Shown: positions 33,618 through 46,610 of the stretch, one piece after another | Numbering within the stretch: the stretch's first letter is position 1 | Layout of the letters: every line of letters starts with the position of its first letter | Assembly (NCBI GenBank): GCA_036630325.1 | Contig: CP142733.1 | Coordinates: 992,001-1,056,000, forward strand | Length of the DNA stretch: 64,000 nucleotides | DNA from: Vairimorpha necatrix | Taxonomy: Eukaryota | Direction: 5' to 3' | Translations under genes and position numbers: made by a program | Notes under the pieces: generated by a model | Seen by the model: the letters and a program-made list of their open reading frames with translations, nothing else | Told to the model about the DNA's origin: nothing | Database searches by the model: none

Positions 33618-34535
33618 ATGGATCTTCTTGTAAATAAATACAGACCACTGAATATTGAATCAGTTATAGGAAATATTTCCACAATATCAACTTTATCAAA
33701 CATAATTAAAGAAAAATCAATGCCTCATCTTTTATTCACAGGCCCACCCGGCACTGGTAAAACTTCCTCTGCTAAAATTTTCGCTTTTCAATTAATTGGC
33801 AGTAAAGACGGCATTTTAGAATTAAATGCTTCTGATGACAGAGGAATAGACACAGTAAGGACACAAATAAAAGATTTCAGTATGAAGAAAATCCAGACAG
33901 TCCCTTTTAAGATAGTAATTTTAGATGAATGCGATAGTATGACGACTGCCGCTCAACAAGCTATGCGTCGTATTATGGAGACACACAGTTCAGATTGCAA
34001 ATTTATTTTAATTTGCAATGATTTCTCGAAGATATTTGAGCCAATACAAAGCAGATGCGCAGTCTTAAGATTTGATAAAATTGACACTTTAATCATAGAA
34101 AATCGGCTTAGAGAAATTTCGAAATTTGAAAATATAAAATTGACAGACGAAGCTGTCAATTTCATAATTGATGTTTCAGACGGAGACATGAGACAATTAC
34201 TTAATATTTTACAGACTTGTATAAATAACCCGAATTTGATTGATGTTCAATATATTGTCAAGATTATAGGAATACCCTCTCCTAAATTAGTAAATGAAGT
34301 GGTAAATTTGTTACTTAAAAAGAATATTGAAGAAGCTATAGAGAAATTTGAGAAGATTTGGGATGAAAAATATGACGCAGAAGATTTGATTTCGTCTTTT
34401 TTTAGAATTGCTAAAAATATGGAAAATTATGAAGTGGTGAAGGCCGTTGGCCTGACGCATTTGAAAATTATCAAAGGGAATATAAGCAAATTGATATTTT
34501 ATGGTATGTTTTATGACATCTTAAAAGTTAATTAA
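33618..34535 (+). CDS. RFC4: Replication factor C small subunit (yeast Rfc4 / human RFC2 type)
   Basis: KYRP, PHLLFTGPPGTGKT, LELNASDDRGID, ILDECDSMT.AAQQAMRR.ME, IQSRC. Confidence 0.9.
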   Translation: MDLLVNKYRPLNIESVIGNISTISTLSNIIKEKSMPHLLFTGPPGTGKTSSAKIFAFQLIGSKDGILELNASDDRGIDTVRTQIKDFSMKKIQTVPFKIVILDECDSMTTAAQQAMRRIMETHSSDCKFILICNDFSKIFEPIQSRCAVLRFDKIDTLIIENRLREISKFENIKLTDEAVNFIIDVSDGDMRQLLNILQTCINNPNLIDVQYIVKIIGIPSPKLVNEVVNLLLKKNIEEAIEKFEKIWDEKYDAEDLISSFFRIAKNMENYEVVKAVGLTHLKIIKGNISKLIFYGMFYDILKVN

Positions 34536-34547
34536 AAGAAAAAAAAA

Positions 34548-34727
34548 TATAATTTATTTTAATTTGTCTAAACAGTTATGTTTAAATTTATTTTAATTTG
34601 TCTAAACAGTTATGTTTAAATTTATTTTAATTTGTCTAAACAGTTATGTTTAAATTTAATTTGTCTAAACAGTTATGTTTAAATTTAATTTAATTTGTCT
34701 AAACAGGTATGTTTAAATTTAATTTGT
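34548..34727. repeat. Intergenic minisatellite, ~5 copies of a 29-35-bp unit
   Basis: Repeated TTTAATTTGTCTAAACAGTTATGTTTAAA with a variable AT spacer. Confidence 0.9.
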
Positions 34728-34845
34728 TTAATAGTTTTGTTTAGATTTATAAATTCATTTAGTTTAGTATGGTTATTGTTATAAACATCTTTTATCTATG
34801 GAGATAAGGCCAAAATATAACTTATAAATAAAATTATAATTTTTT

Positions 34846-35268
34846 TCATAAAATAATGTTTATTTTATTTGGTTCTTCTTCTAAATATAACACATTCTTG
34901 ATTTTATCATTACTTTTCTTATACATCACAAATTTGATATTTTTACAATCTCGAAATTTCTTTGTCAAATTTTCCATGTCTTTATTATTTCTTATAAAAA
35001 ATAATATTTTAGAAGATTTATCAAATAAGTCCTTTTCATTATAAACTTGTTCTCTAATTTGTAAATCTTTATAATTTACTGTATATGAATCGAGAGTAGG
35101 CACTGTTTTATATTTTTCATTAATAAGTGAATTTATTGTCAGAGTTTTCCCTGTCTGCCTGTAGCCAGTGAAAAGAATGTTTTTATTCAAGTTAGTTGGT
35201 TTTAATCTGAGGAATAATTTATAAGAAAGTATGAAGATAAGCAAGGAGACAAATATTTCTATAATCAT
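34846..35268 (-). CDS. Reduced SRP receptor beta subunit-like membrane GTPase
   Basis: N-terminal TM segment followed by ILFTGYRQTGKT P-loop and KTVPT; ATG 35268 lies downstream of CCCCC. Confidence 0.65.
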   Translation of the reverse strand: MIIEIFVSLLIFILSYKLFLRLKPTNLNKNILFTGYRQTGKTLTINSLINEKYKTVPTLDSYTVNYKDLQIREQVYNEKDLFDKSSKILFFIRNNKDMENLTKKFRDCKNIKFVMYKKSNDKIKNVLYLEEEPNKINIIL

Positions 35269-35559
35269 TTTTAGTATAGGGGGCAATTAAAGAGAAAATA
35301 TTAGAAATCACAGAAAAGAATATGTATTATGAAGTAAAAAGAATTAAAGCTTCGTATATTTAATCTAATCAAATTTATTTAAAAAAAATGAAAATAAGTT
35401 TATTATTATGTCCTTTTAGCATTAGACATTTGTAAATAATAGCATATTATCTCCCTATGTTTTTTATGCCACTTTGTTTTTTTGCATAATTCTCAGACCG
35501 AGTTTGTTTGTTTGTTTTTTATTTTAAAAGTATAAATACGCATGAATTCTTGAAAAAAC

Positions 35560-36633
35560 ATGCCCTCCATGGAACTGGCCTTTTTGGAAAATATTTTGTC
35601 AACCAAAGACTATGATTTGTTTAGTCGAAAATATTCAGAGATATTTAAGAAATTGGATACAGAGACATTTCAGTATCTAGTAAGTCTCAGAGGAGGAGAC
35701 TTGTGTCTCCTCCTTAGAACTTTGGAAATTGTCCTTCTTTTTAAAAAGAAGTTGTTTTTAGAAGTTGTTTCTTATGTAGAAAATAACATCAAAGGCCTTT
35801 TACTTGGGAAATATAGAAGTTATGATATCTTAATTTCTAAGATATTGAGGATGTATTATTTATCAAGAAAAGAATTAGGAATAAATAATGACATATGTTT
35901 TAATTTGTTGGTTCCCAACAAAGAGTTAGGGAATGAAGAGTCAGTCTCTGTCATTACTAATTGTTTATTGGATTATCTTGTTAGTAATAAAATTTACAGG
36001 AGAATTGAGAATTTTATTGTCCCTTCAGAATTGTCTAAATATAATTTCTATAATGGAGTTATAGAATTAGTAGAAGGGAATTATGAGAAGGCCTTTTTCT
36101 TATTAGATTCTCCTAATAATAAAGGAATCAGGGCAGTTTATTTAATATTGGCCAGTTTATTGCAGTCCAAGTTTAATATCCCTGTAGAATATGATAAGAA
36201 AATTAAGATTTATTTTGATCTTATTAGAATTGTCAAGGAGGCCGATCTTCCTGGATATATGAAATTTATAGAAGATCATAAAGATGATCTTATAAAAGAT
36301 AATACATTTTTCATTATACTGAGATTGTCTAGGAATGTCATTCAGGAGAAGATCAGGTGTATCAGCCTGGTTTATTCTAAGATTTCTTATGAGGACATGA
36401 GTCAAAGGCTCAATATTGACAAGGAAGATTTAGAATATATTTTATTAAAAAGTATAAACTCGGGGTTGATCTCTGGGGAAGTCAAGGATGGCGTATATTA
36501 CGCTTGTAAGACCAAGAAGAAAGTAACAGACAAATTTAAATTTGAAAATTTAAAGAAATTGAATTCATATATAAAATCAGAAATGAAGTATCCTGAGATT
36601 CAACCACTTTGTTATGAGAAAGCCATACAATAA
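35560..36633 (+). CDS. RPN3: 26S proteasome regulatory subunit Rpn3 (PCI domain)
   Basis: LRLSRNVIQEKIRCISLVYSKISYEDMSQRL..EYILLKSI..GLI.G matches the Rpn3 PCI region; C-terminal MKYP. Confidence 0.82.
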   Translation: MPSMELAFLENILSTKDYDLFSRKYSEIFKKLDTETFQYLVSLRGGDLCLLLRTLEIVLLFKKKLFLEVVSYVENNIKGLLLGKYRSYDILISKILRMYYLSRKELGINNDICFNLLVPNKELGNEESVSVITNCLLDYLVSNKIYRRIENFIVPSELSKYNFYNGVIELVEGNYEKAFFLLDSPNNKGIRAVYLILASLLQSKFNIPVEYDKKIKIYFDLIRIVKEADLPGYMKFIEDHKDDLIKDNTFFIILRLSRNVIQEKIRCISLVYSKISYEDMSQRLNIDKEDLEYILLKSINSGLISGEVKDGVYYACKTKKKVTDKFKFENLKKLNSYIKSEMKYPEIQPLCYEKAIQ

Positions 36634-36725
36634 AATTTATAAGTCATTTTTATTATAAAATGTTCTTTATTTGTTATATAGTCAATCCTCTTATGACGTA
36701 AGTTGTTTTTCTTTATTCTTATGGT

Positions 36726-36962
36726 TTATTTATTTTCTCTGTTTTGATTTCTTCTCTTGTTGTAATTCTGTAAGATATTGCTCTTTTTGACATAATTGTC
36801 AGTATCATCTACAGAATTTTCACTCTCTAAATATTTCTTATATTCCAGTGTATTGAATATTTTCTCTAGGATTTCTTCATCTGTGTTTTCATTTTCTAGC
36901 CCATAAGAATTTATTTTTTCTTGGATTAGTTTTCTTTTGTCTTCTGATAATTTCTCAAACAT
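36726..36962 (-). CDS. Small hypothetical protein (78 aa)
   Basis: ATG preceded by TTTACCCTTTTTT; charged helical composition; lies within the compact gene island. Confidence 0.6.
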   Translation of the reverse strand: MFEKLSEDKRKLIQEKINSYGLENENTDEEILEKIFNTLEYKKYLESENSVDDTDNYVKKSNILQNYNKRRNQNRENK

Positions 36963-37161
36963 AAAAAAGGGTAAACTGAAGATTTATAAAAACATGAGAA
37001 AAATTTAATATTTTACATTTATTATTTACATTTTATAAGATTATAAAATATTTACAATTATTTTAAGTTTATATATGCTTGATATTTAATTTTATATAAC
37101 TAATAATATTACAAATCAAATCTTTTTTTTTAAAATTTATTTTTTTTTACCCCATTTTTAA

Positions 37162-37629
37162 ATGGCAGAATTTTTGAAGTTTCAAGAAGAGGGTCTTGAT
37201 AGAAAAGAAATAAAAGTCGGCCACTACATCAAAATTGAAGAAAACGACACTGTCAAATTCACCCGTGTAGAGAAAATTGACTCTGTTAAATGTGGTAAAC
37301 ATGGATCTGCTAAAACTGCTGTAACCAGTAAAGATCTTCCTAATAATACCAGTAGGAACATGATCTTAGTTGCCAGTGACAGAGTCACTGTCATGAAAAT
37401 GATCAAAGTGAATGCAAAATTGATTGATTTTACTGATGATAAAACTATAACTGTCAAGGATGAGAACAATAACTACTTAGAATTAGATGTAGAGAAATCA
37501 ATGAGTCAAGAAGATAAAGATAAGATAAATGAAGTAATGGAAGAAAATGGAGATGTAGAAGAATTTGATTTTGTTTTTAGAGCTTTGCCAGGGTATATTA
37601 AGATTGATACTATTAGACCATCTAAATAA
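37162..37629 (+). CDS. eIF5A: Translation factor eIF5A
   Basis: KCGKHGSAK hypusine loop; 155 aa; CCCC motif upstream. Confidence 0.9.
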   Translation: MAEFLKFQEEGLDRKEIKVGHYIKIEENDTVKFTRVEKIDSVKCGKHGSAKTAVTSKDLPNNTSRNMILVASDRVTVMKMIKVNAKLIDFTDDKTITVKDENNNYLELDVEKSMSQEDKDKINEVMEENGDVEEFDFVFRALPGYIKIDTIRPSK

Positions 37630-38388
37630 ATAATTTACAATTAAAAATATTAAAAAAAAGCATTATAATTTTTTATATTAATTGATTTAATTTATATTTT
37701 TAATTTGTAAAAAAAATTTAAAAAAATTATTGAACTTATAATTTAGAAAATGGTACATTTTTATACTTAAGAATTAAATTTATTTTTGTATAGTACCAGA
37801 CTGAACATAGAACAAAGGCTTTTTAGAAATGTTCAGTTGACTGATCTTATATTAACATTTGTTATTTAATAAAAAAAATTATTTTAAATTGAAGAAAATA
37901 AATAATTAAACATTTAAAAATCTTCTTATACTTTCCAAAGTAAGGTCTCTACGACATTATTAAAGATAAGATAGCTTTGTTAACATGTATTAAAATTTGA
38001 AATTATTTTTAAAAAACTCAATATTGAAAATTTTATTTTCAAAAAACTCAATATTGAAAATTTTCTACTGGTTTGAGATAGCCATAACTCATTTACATTA
38101 TTTATAAAAACAATACATTAAAGCGTAAAACTCTTGGTCATATTCTTTAAGGCGGATTAAGCATATAAACCAACTACTAATAAATTTAATTATGACAACG
38201 ATAGTTCTAGTATGTGTAAACGAACATATATAAAAAACTTAATGCGTATTAGCACTTAGTGAACTTACGATAATAGCAAAAGCCAAATATATTATTAATA
38301 CATATAGTATTCTAGACTTTCGTAAATAAAATGCAAACTAATTAAATTATACCATTAAATTTCTAAATTGGGTGTAAATTTTATAATA

Positions 38389-38433
38389 TTTGCAAGGAGT
38401 CAACCCATTAGTCATGATTTAACTCCTTGCAAA
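38389..38433. repeat. Short inverted repeat (12-bp perfect arms)
   Basis: TTTGCAAGGAGT ... ACTCCTTGCAAA. Confidence 0.7.
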
Positions 38434-39929
38434 CTATTTATTTGGAATAAAAAAGTTATTTACGAACTATGAGAAAATATATGATAAAATTATATAATTC
38501 TATTTCTCAACACAAAATATTATGTTAAAAAGACATATGACTAAAATATACAATATATTAAATCTTATTGAAAAAAAATAAACTGCTGAACTACTTTTCA
38601 TAGTGGGAATTTGCGTGTATAATTAAAAAGATAAACGATATATAAAATGTGGCATGTAATATAAAGAAATTTATAAAACTTTTACTTCAGAACTCATTTT
38701 TAAAGTTTTTATTAAAGCCAATGTTCCCCATGGTTATAATAAAACAATAATAGAAACTACTTCAAAATTAATTTTTTGAAATAAACAAGCAATCAATTTA
38801 TAAATATATAGTTAGATTTTTTTAATCAACATAATTGTCAAACCTAACAATTTCTTTACTCTAAAAAAAATTTAATAAAAAAAAACAGTATTAGTTACAT
38901 ATAATTTAAAAAAAATCTATCAATGCAAAATGGGACGCTGGCTTGAATAGGAAATTCTACTTCAACAATACATTGGTGAAATGACAGTCAACATTTTAAA
39001 AATTATTTGTATTATAAAGACGAAAAAAGATATATATAAATTTAATCCATAAACTTAAATGTCCACAAAAATACAAATTGATTTTAAAATATCTTTGAAT
39101 TACATTTCTTTAAAATTTATTCTTATGATTTGTGTAATTGCATTATACTTTATATTTATATTCATTTTCTAATATAAAACTAGCGTAACCTTTCCCATTT
39201 TGAATACGGGATCGATATTAGGCTTGATGGTATGTTCTCTTAAAATTTTTACACCTTGAGAAAAAAATAAAGTAGATTTTTTAAAAAAATGCTTTTAAGT
39301 AAATATAACTAGTTAAATAGAGATGAAAACAGTTTTGATACAATTAGACATATTTTTATGCAATATATGTCGACCACTTAGCTAAAATAACTATTCTTTA
39401 CTTTTTTTCTAGGTAAAGTTAGACTAATTTTATATAGCTATATTAAAAGAAATTTTGAGTTTTAGTCATAAAAATAATAATTCAAATGAAAAATATATTA
39501 GCAAAAACTAAACACACCTAAAATTATCAAATTGAAGCATTATTTCTATCTTTGATAGAGTTTAAACATAATAAGATTCAATTGAGTAGACTGGAGATTT
39601 TAAAAACACGAAAAAAAGGGCAAAAAATTAAATAAATTTTTTTAATTCAAGTCGATAGATTTGTCCTTGTAACTACATCAACTTTTTCATTTATGCATTT
39701 TTATGAAATGTGTATCGAAATGTATAAAAGAATCGTCATCGAGGTTATAATGCAGACTATAATAACAACGGACGATATAACTCATTCTTTTATTTATTAC
39801 ACAATTAGTTAATAATCTAGAATATTCGTTAGCAAAGACTATTCTTTTATTTAATTTGTATGATTCGAAAAAAATTAAAACTGTTACTACTTATTAAAAA
39901 TAATTTCATATGTAAAAATCAATACCCCT

Positions 39930-40499
39930 ATGAATTTGTTTACATTTTATTGTCTAACATTTATTTTAAGAAATCTGAGTGCTCAATCTGAAACAAATGT
40001 GAAAAGTATAACAGATGAAATTATTGATATCAAGAATATTATAAATTTTGAAAGAAGAAGAATGATCAGAAGATTAAGAGTAAAAGAAATGTCTGTTATT
40101 TTAGAATATTTCGAACAAAACAAAATTAATTATAAAGACGAAACGAGGTTATTAAAAAATATAGCCCATGTAATTAAGTGCGATGACTACTATAATAACG
40201 GACAATATGTTTATCAACCAGACAAAGATCAAAAAATTGATATGGTAACTAGTATAATAAAGATGTTTGCAAAGTTGCATCAGAAAAATATCTATTTTGA
40301 TTTTAAAGAAATTAATGAAGAAGTTAGAAAGAAATTAAAAGTTAATAATGGACCCATTAGATATAAGTCTTACGAATATATTCTTTATCGTTGGTTCATG
40401 AATACTATTGAAGTAGAAAATATAATTTTGGTATATAAAATTGAAAAAAAAGATTTATATTACATAGAAATGCTTAAAGTAAAAAAAGTATGGGCATGA
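39930..40499 (+). CDS. Family B putative secreted protein (189 aa)
   Basis: CCCC-T-ATG; signal-peptide-like N-terminus; shared LLKNIA, YNNGQY, FAKLH.K.IYF and YEY.LY.WF motifs. Confidence 0.82.
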   Translation: MNLFTFYCLTFILRNLSAQSETNVKSITDEIIDIKNIINFERRRMIRRLRVKEMSVILEYFEQNKINYKDETRLLKNIAHVIKCDDYYNNGQYVYQPDKDQKIDMVTSIIKMFAKLHQKNIYFDFKEINEEVRKKLKVNNGPIRYKSYEYILYRWFMNTIEVENIILVYKIEKKDLYYIEMLKVKKVWA

Positions 40500-43241
40500 T
40501 TACATTAATTTTTCATTAAAATAGTATTTATTTTTGTTAAAAATATTGAATTTGAAATTTTAAATATTTTTTAATCGAATTATAGGTTGATTTATTCATT
40601 TATATATATATATATATTAAAAAGTGGTATTATTTTTTTTACATTGGCTGAACCCTTTTCTTCCGTACTACTATTATATTCATGACAAATTTCATGTACT
40701 TTGTAAGGGTATTTGATAAAGCATTTTGGTTTCTAAAAATTTATTTATCACACTTTTCAGTTTGACTTTTATGAAAAAAAATAAATAAGTTTTGAGACAT
40801 TGAAGTTCAGGAGATTAAAAGTTGCTTGAGACTCGAACAATAGCTTTTAAATCAATATCCAAGCAATATATGTTTATATGGGATAATAAATGATTGATTT
40901 ATGAATTTATTTTAACACAATGTCCGTGAATAAGAAGTGCCGAAAATGCATTACTAAAAAATTTAAATATATTTAATTTGAATAAATGGACAGCATATTA
41001 GATTGCGAAAAACATATTAACATTTTAGTTTTCTAAAAACTTCCAACACAAATTGTAAGAATGTAAAAATTGTTAGAATATAAAAATTGAAAATACCAAG
41101 AAAAAATGAGCTTTTGTGGATTTGGAATCAATCAAAGATTTGTATAAAAAAAAACTAGTTTTTTGTTTTGATAACAGAGTAGATAAATAATCTAGGCAAA
41201 AAATTGCATGGTGATAAAATCTCGTAAATGTAATTTTTTTGCCTAAAAATTAAAACGCTGATAATATAACTAGGTTATCAAAATACTTGAAACCAGATAT
41301 TCATCCATCGATTTTATAGGTTTTTACTTATTAAAGTCTCTTTTTGAGTTGAAATACGAAAATCTGCTCTACTCATTGTCTAAGGCTCTATAAGGTTCAA
41401 ATACCACCTATATATATATATCGATTAACGAAATTTTACTAGAAGATGAAATTAAACGGCACAATACCTATATCCGAGAAGTGTCATCATGATACAAATC
41501 CAAACGTTCTACTATCATCTGAATCCTACACCAGCATAATCACTCATGAATAAATTGCATTTTCCAGGTCGGCGCTTAAAATTTGTCTGTAAAAATTTTG
41601 TATCGGCGTGTCTATAATTCATAAGGAAGGTTTTAAAATCGTCTTACTTATTTCGTAATTTAAAATTTAGTTCAAAGGATCTTATCCTGAGTTCAACAGT
41701 CATCGATTTTTAAAAGTTTAGATTGTTTTTGTCACCTTAAAGTAACGTTAAACCTGTGCTAGCTGGGCCATAATGTGTGAATCATGCTAAGTAAATCATC
41801 TGTAGCTTGACTCGGTAATATCTACTATAAAAAATACAATTTGTGTACACATTTTAATGTTCCAACAGATACCATATATCTCATAATCAGACACCAATTC
41901 ACGTATAAAATCAATTTTTTTGTCTTATTTTATAAAAAAGTGCTTAAAACTAGTGTGATGTGATTTTAAAGGTTTCATATCATTAATTTTTTCTTACAAA
42001 TTAGTTCGACGATGAATTTTAATTTTTTTTCCTTAAAGATAGTTAGTCATTCGAAACAAAGACTCATTAATATATGGTTTTAGAAACAGTACTCGATACA
42101 TTGATTGGATGTAAATCATTTTTTATATAATGTGCTTATAAAACTACAAATATAAAATTTCGGCTGGAGACATGGGGGACATAAAAAAATGTAAAGTATT
42201 TTATTATATTGGACGCAACATTTCATACTCCCAATCTTAGAATTAAAAAATAATTCTTAAACTATATCTAAAAATAATAAAAGGTGTCTCGGCAAAATAG
42301 ATTAACTGTCTATATGTATATAGATTAATAAATGATCATAAAAACTTCGTTGCGTAATTTTTTATTTTCGAGAAAGTTGTAAATATTATTGTCCTGTATA
42401 GATAGGACTTTGTAGCGTTTAACATGGCTTTTCAGATAATTTTAAATATATCAATTTATGGTTTTCTTATTTATTCAATATTTTTTAACTTCAAAGACAT
42501 ACTTTCTAATAAATTTTATTTTTTATTAATCAAGTGTTTCAACACTTAATTCAAACATTGGCGTACTTACTAATGTAGTAAAAATATTATACCTTCCGTT
42601 GGTTTGTTTGTTTGCGGGACACGTCTTGGAAGGCGACATGGAACGTTTGATGTGCCTTCAGAAAGACATGACAGATGAGTTTATGGCATCTGATTTTGTG
42701 ATATAGTTATGTACATCAAAATTGTAAAAATTTTTAACCATTATCTTAAATGTTAAAAAAAATTTAAAAAAAAGTGAAAGTTTTTTTTTGGAAAACTTTG
42801 TGGCCAGCCTAAAAGCATGATAATGACTTAAACAAAATATTTTTAACAAGTATGCAAGATATCAACATGATTGTGATATAAATGGCTAATCTCTTTTTTA
42901 AATCAGAAGTGCTTATATATGATAATTTTATCAGATTTAAAAAAATAACGTATATTAATTATGGCATATAATCTTATTTTTATACACTTTTTTTAATATT
43001 ATTTTTAATTCAAAACTATAATTTGCCAGAAATATGCACTGTTTAAATAATTAATAAAATATCTTTCCTTATAACAAAGGGATAATCTGACCAATCAATT
43101 ATTCAATACAAGGATTGATTTTTTTTGTAAATTATTTTTAGCTGTAAATAATTTAATATTTATATTTTCATGTTTAAAAAATTTATATTTTTACTCCTTT
43201 AAAAAATATCTACGATATTTAATTAAAAAAAATTAACCCCT

Positions 43242-43786
43242 ATGTATCTGTTTGCATTTTTTTTTTAATATCTACTGTCATAAATACGAAAGCTAAGAAT
43301 TTAAAAAAGTATAATAGCGGAAATTACGGAGATGAACTACCTGAAATTACTGAGATTATAAATTTTGACGATAAAAGCGTGTTAAGAAGAATAGGAGTAA
43401 ATGAAATGACTGTTATTTTAGGATATGCAAAACTAGTGAAGCTCGACATTATAAAAGAAGAGAAATTACTGAAAAATATAGCTGAAAAAATTATGGACGA
43501 TGAATATTACAATGGCGCACAATATGCTGATGAAAAAGATGAAAACCAAAAAATAGCTACTTTAAAAAGAGCTGTGAAAACGTTTGCAAAGTTACATCAT
43601 AAGGATATCTATTTCGATGAAGGAGAGATAAAATCGAATTTAGTCAACTTATTAGTTTTAGAAGGACCCAGGCCTAATTTTTATGAATATAACTTATATT
43701 TTTGGTTTATAAGCACAATTAAAGCAAAAAAAATGATTCTGGTTTATGAATATGAAAAAATACCAATAAAAGAAGTGATTCACTGA
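43242..43786 (+). CDS. Family B putative secreted protein, frameshifted in a T10 tract within the signal peptide
   Basis: CCCC-T-ATG at 43242. T10 (43257-43266) produces TAA; one extra T restores MYLFAFFFLISTVINTKA.. in frame with ORF 43379-43786. Confidence 0.78.
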
Positions 43787-44525
43787 TAAATTAGAATTCA
43801 GTATAAAAAAACAAAAAAAAATATGAAAATATTTATATATTAAAATTAATTTATTTCATAATTTGTAAAGACACGTATAGAATATTTAAACAATTTACAT
43901 ATAGTTTTTTTTGTTTTTAATTTATAACGATTCAGATAGCATTGAAAATTTTTGTTATAGTTTAATGAACAATTTTATTAATGAATCATTTTTACCTTGC
44001 AAAATTTGTTGTACTTTATATATGGAATCTATTTTTTTACGTATAATAACTTAATTAAATTTATATTATTATATTTTTACGGTTTGAACAATTATATGAT
44101 TAATAATTAAATTAGAAGTGTTAGAGAAAAAAACCAATTTGAATTGTGAGTAGGGGTCCTATCAAGATAGTTGGAATAATTATATTCTAACAGGGGTTTT
44201 TATATATTTAGTTATGTGAAAACTTAACCTCAACATATCAACACTGAAAAAAGTTAACGCTTTTATTCGAAATACGAATTGCGTATGCTAAAACAATTTC
44301 AGTGCTACATTATAAGTAAAAAACCAGTTATTAGTTCGGCAACAATAAATCTTGTTTAAATTGTTGAATACATTTTTAAAAATACAAAAATAATGCATAA
44401 TTTTTTATAATATAAACTTTATGTGTTAATATGAAAAAGACGAATAAAATTTAATTGCATGGAAAACTATATTGACTTTTCCATTATTTTCACTAAAACA
44501 AAAAATAATCTTTTGATTTTGATTT

Positions 44526-44800
44526 ATAATTCCTTATGTGATGACGTGGGATGGAATAGTAACTAATTTTCACCGTACGCATATCAAAATGCTCAGATTA
44601 GAACCCAGAACGGAAGCATATATACAGTCAAGAGTCCTTAAAAAGACTTTAGAAAGCCTAACTATGTCAGCCAGACATGGGCTTTATACAGATCAGGAAG
44701 GGGTCTTCGAGAGCCCAATGAGTGAATCTCAGAAGGAAGTCCTGGAACTGCAAGATGAGACTGTAAGCGTATCTTGTGAAAAGTAATTAATAAGCCGAAT
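44526..44800 (+). mobile_element. 5'-truncated 3' end of an RLE non-LTR retrotransposon
   Basis: IIPYVMTWDGIVTNFH..EAYIQSRVLKKTLES is homologous to 48945-49090 and to 57975-58100. Confidence 0.75.
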
Positions 44801-46610
44801 ATTATACCCAAAAAATTATATTTATTTGATTTTGATTTATATAGTAAATAATATCTGTGGATTGCCTGAATATAAATGTAGTACTATACAGATAATTCGA
44901 ACAATTAACAAAAATTCATATTTACATAGATATCAAATTATTTTCTTACATTGTGTATGTCCTACCAATAAAATTTACGATTAAAATATTAGATATAATT
45001 CATAGAAAAAGTGTAAGGATAATTACAAAAATAATATTTTTTTAATTTACTCTGAAACAATACACGCGCTAATTGTATCATAATTTTCAGATTATCCAAA
45101 GTTTAGGATAAATCTTACTTTAACAATACGAAAAAAACTATCAAGGTTAAATAAAACATTTGTAAGATAATAATAAAAATAATAAATCGACCGATGGTGT
45201 AAGAATTATTTCAGCTTATGTCATAGAAAAAAAGCAGACCATGCAAATATTTTTCAAGCGTGTTCAAAAAATCTAGGAGCGAAGTTGATATTAATATTTT
45301 TATTTAAAATAATATCTATAGTTACAGGGAAAAAAGTTGATTATTGTTGGATAAAATTAAATAGCGATAATTTTATTAAATACTCCCTACGTTTACTATT
45401 CTCAACAATTATTTCTATTACTTATTATTAAACGCTTTATCTGTGTGTCCATAGATAATAGATTTTGCCAATCAAAAATATGCAAATTTACACAGCATGG
45501 CACCTTATGCTTATTTCTCCTTTAAATCGCAAATCTAAAGATTGAGATTATAATATATAAGAATCAAGTCAATTGTAGATGATAATCAAGAAAAATAATG
45601 ATAGGCAGTTTTAAAAATGATAAAAAAACGGTTAAACTTAGATATTTATTGCCGACTTCGAATATTATTATTTTAATTGTCATCATAGCAGAAAATTCTT
45701 AAAAAGATTGCAAAATGATTTGAATAATTTATATTAACGAAGTAAAAAGTGAAAAAATATTTGAATAGATAATTTCGTGAAATAAATACTATTATATGAA
45801 CTGCTATACTTAATTTTTTTAAATTAACAAATATATGCATACGAATATACACATAAAATGTAAAAGACTGAAATTGAAGTAATTAATTGTATAAAAAACA
45901 TGCATATTACTAAAAAGTCAAAATATAATGAGATTTGAAAACGTAAGGTCTTTTCGATACTAAAATAAACATTTCATCAATTTTATTTGTTTCTTAATAA
46001 TTTCTTTTGAAAAGACGTAAAATATCAGTAAATTATAAATACATTATTTATTGACTTTTATATAAGACAAATACAATGCTATAGGTTGGTGACCTCTTAA
46101 TTGTCATCGTTTTAGACCAATACTTCTCGACAGGTTGAGTTTTCTCATGACTTTTAGAAGTTGCTGTAATATTGCTTCAATTATTTATAAACCAATGCAA
46201 GTTATGTTATTAATATTTCTAGTAATTTCTTATTCCTGCCTAATATGACATTCCATTTCCAATAAACAATCTAATGATTCAAAACAAGAAAAATTAAAAA
46301 CGAATACTTTTTACATTGTTATAATGAAACAACAACCTTTTTTGCGAGAAAGAAAAACAAATAGTATTGTTCTGTGTTATGTCCTTTTTTTTAAAAATTT
46401 AAGTGTGATTATCATAATGTATTATATTTTGTTTTATTTCTATATAAAATAAAATATTAAAAGACGTAAGTCAAATCAATCAATTATAAAATTAATTTGA
46501 CACCTTATAAAACATTATCAACATTGCTTTTTCGATAATTTATAAAATTTGATTTACTACTATTTTTTAATATAATTTTTTTGATATAAAATTCAAAAAT
46601 TTTGCACCCC

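Noticed and set aside
34548..34727. CRISPR-like appearance of the repeat
   Set aside because: There are no unique spacers, the context is eukaryotic and no cas genes are present; it is a simple minisatellite.
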